Source: a virus (lineage: Duplodnaviria; Caudoviricetes). Taken from it: a stretch of 64,000 nt of DNA. This document shows positions 63,627 through 64,000 of the stretch, in pieces. The translations under genes were made by a program, and so were the position numbers. The stretch's first letter is position 1. Every line of letters starts with the position of its first letter. The notes beneath the pieces are model-generated. The model did no database searches. It worked only from the letters and a program-made list of their open reading frames with translations, and was not told the origin of the DNA. Location: positions 32,001 to 96,000 of IMG/VR virus record IMGVR_UViG_2935054407_000001, one strand, 5' to 3'.

Positions 63627-64000
63627 TCACGGATTCTGCGGCAATTCCGGCTGGCGCTCCGTCAAGTACCACTTCGAGAACTGCGCATCCCCTCGAAGGT
63701 CTTCGGGCTTGAGCTGAACGGCATCGATGCCCGCGACGAGATCACGCCTGCGGATCTGGCCAAGCACGGAAATGCGGGAGACGCGGTAGACGCGGTCGTC
63801 ATAGACCAGCCGGTCCCTGACGTACTGGCCATGCGTGACGTCCATGGCCGCCAGGCCCGCCAGCTCCAGGCCCGCGATCGGCACCGTCACGTGCAGGCTG
63901 TCGGTCCAGTACAGGCCGCCCGGCATGCGGTCGGGCGTGCCCTCCTCACGGATCAGGCGAATCACCGGGATCCGGATCGGGCCGTGGAAGACCCTGCCGC
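63627..64000 (-). CDS. neck/head-closure protein, 5' part lies outside the window
   Basis: Frame stays open to the window edge; DRLVYD..VY.V. Confidence 0.55.
   Translation of the reverse strand, partial: GRVFHGPIRIPVIRLIREEGTPDRMPGGLYWTDSLHVTVPIAGLELAGLAAMDVTHGQYVRDRLVYDDRVYRVSRISVLGQIRRRDLVAGIDAVQLKPEDLRGDAQFSKWYLTERQPELPQNP

Noticed and set aside
1-64000. tRNA, rRNA, integrase, transposase or reverse transcriptase
   Set aside because: No cloverleaf or signature motifs were recognised; lifestyle cannot be determined from this partial genome

Overview
This is a 64 kb piece of a high-GC, contractile-tailed (myovirus) phage of an actinobacterial host, judged from whiB, AGAAAGG-type Shine-Dalgarno sites and the sheath/tube/baseplate genes. 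Two arms converge on a bidirectional terminator at about 12.86 kb. The + arm (1-12.9 kb) is a string of small early-type genes, including a TGT/DpdA-like enzyme and an ArdA-like antirestriction protein. The - arm (12.9-64 kb) carries tail and baseplate genes, a holin, replication genes (initiator, DnaC, DnaB, primase, SNF2, SSB, Pol I), class II RNR, RecA, WhiB, a Cas4-like nuclease, ThyX, a dNMP kinase, RuvC, SpoVS, an endolysin and a nucleotidyltransferase/HAD-like/TGT-like cluster. Five non-coding signals stand out. (1) A complete type II hammerhead ribozyme at 376-452. (2) A 17-bp asymmetric motif CGTCTTTCACACCGGYA in 8 copies, always co-oriented with transcription; one copy forms the hammerhead's stem III loop. 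(3) Two pairs of repeated intergenic hairpin cassettes with swappable loops. (4) A phage-specific promoter TTAYAAA-N18-TAMTCT. (5) A likely +1 frameshift in the tail chaperone gene. No tRNA, rRNA, CRISPR array or integrase was seen. All protein calls come from motifs recognised by eye; no database searches were run.
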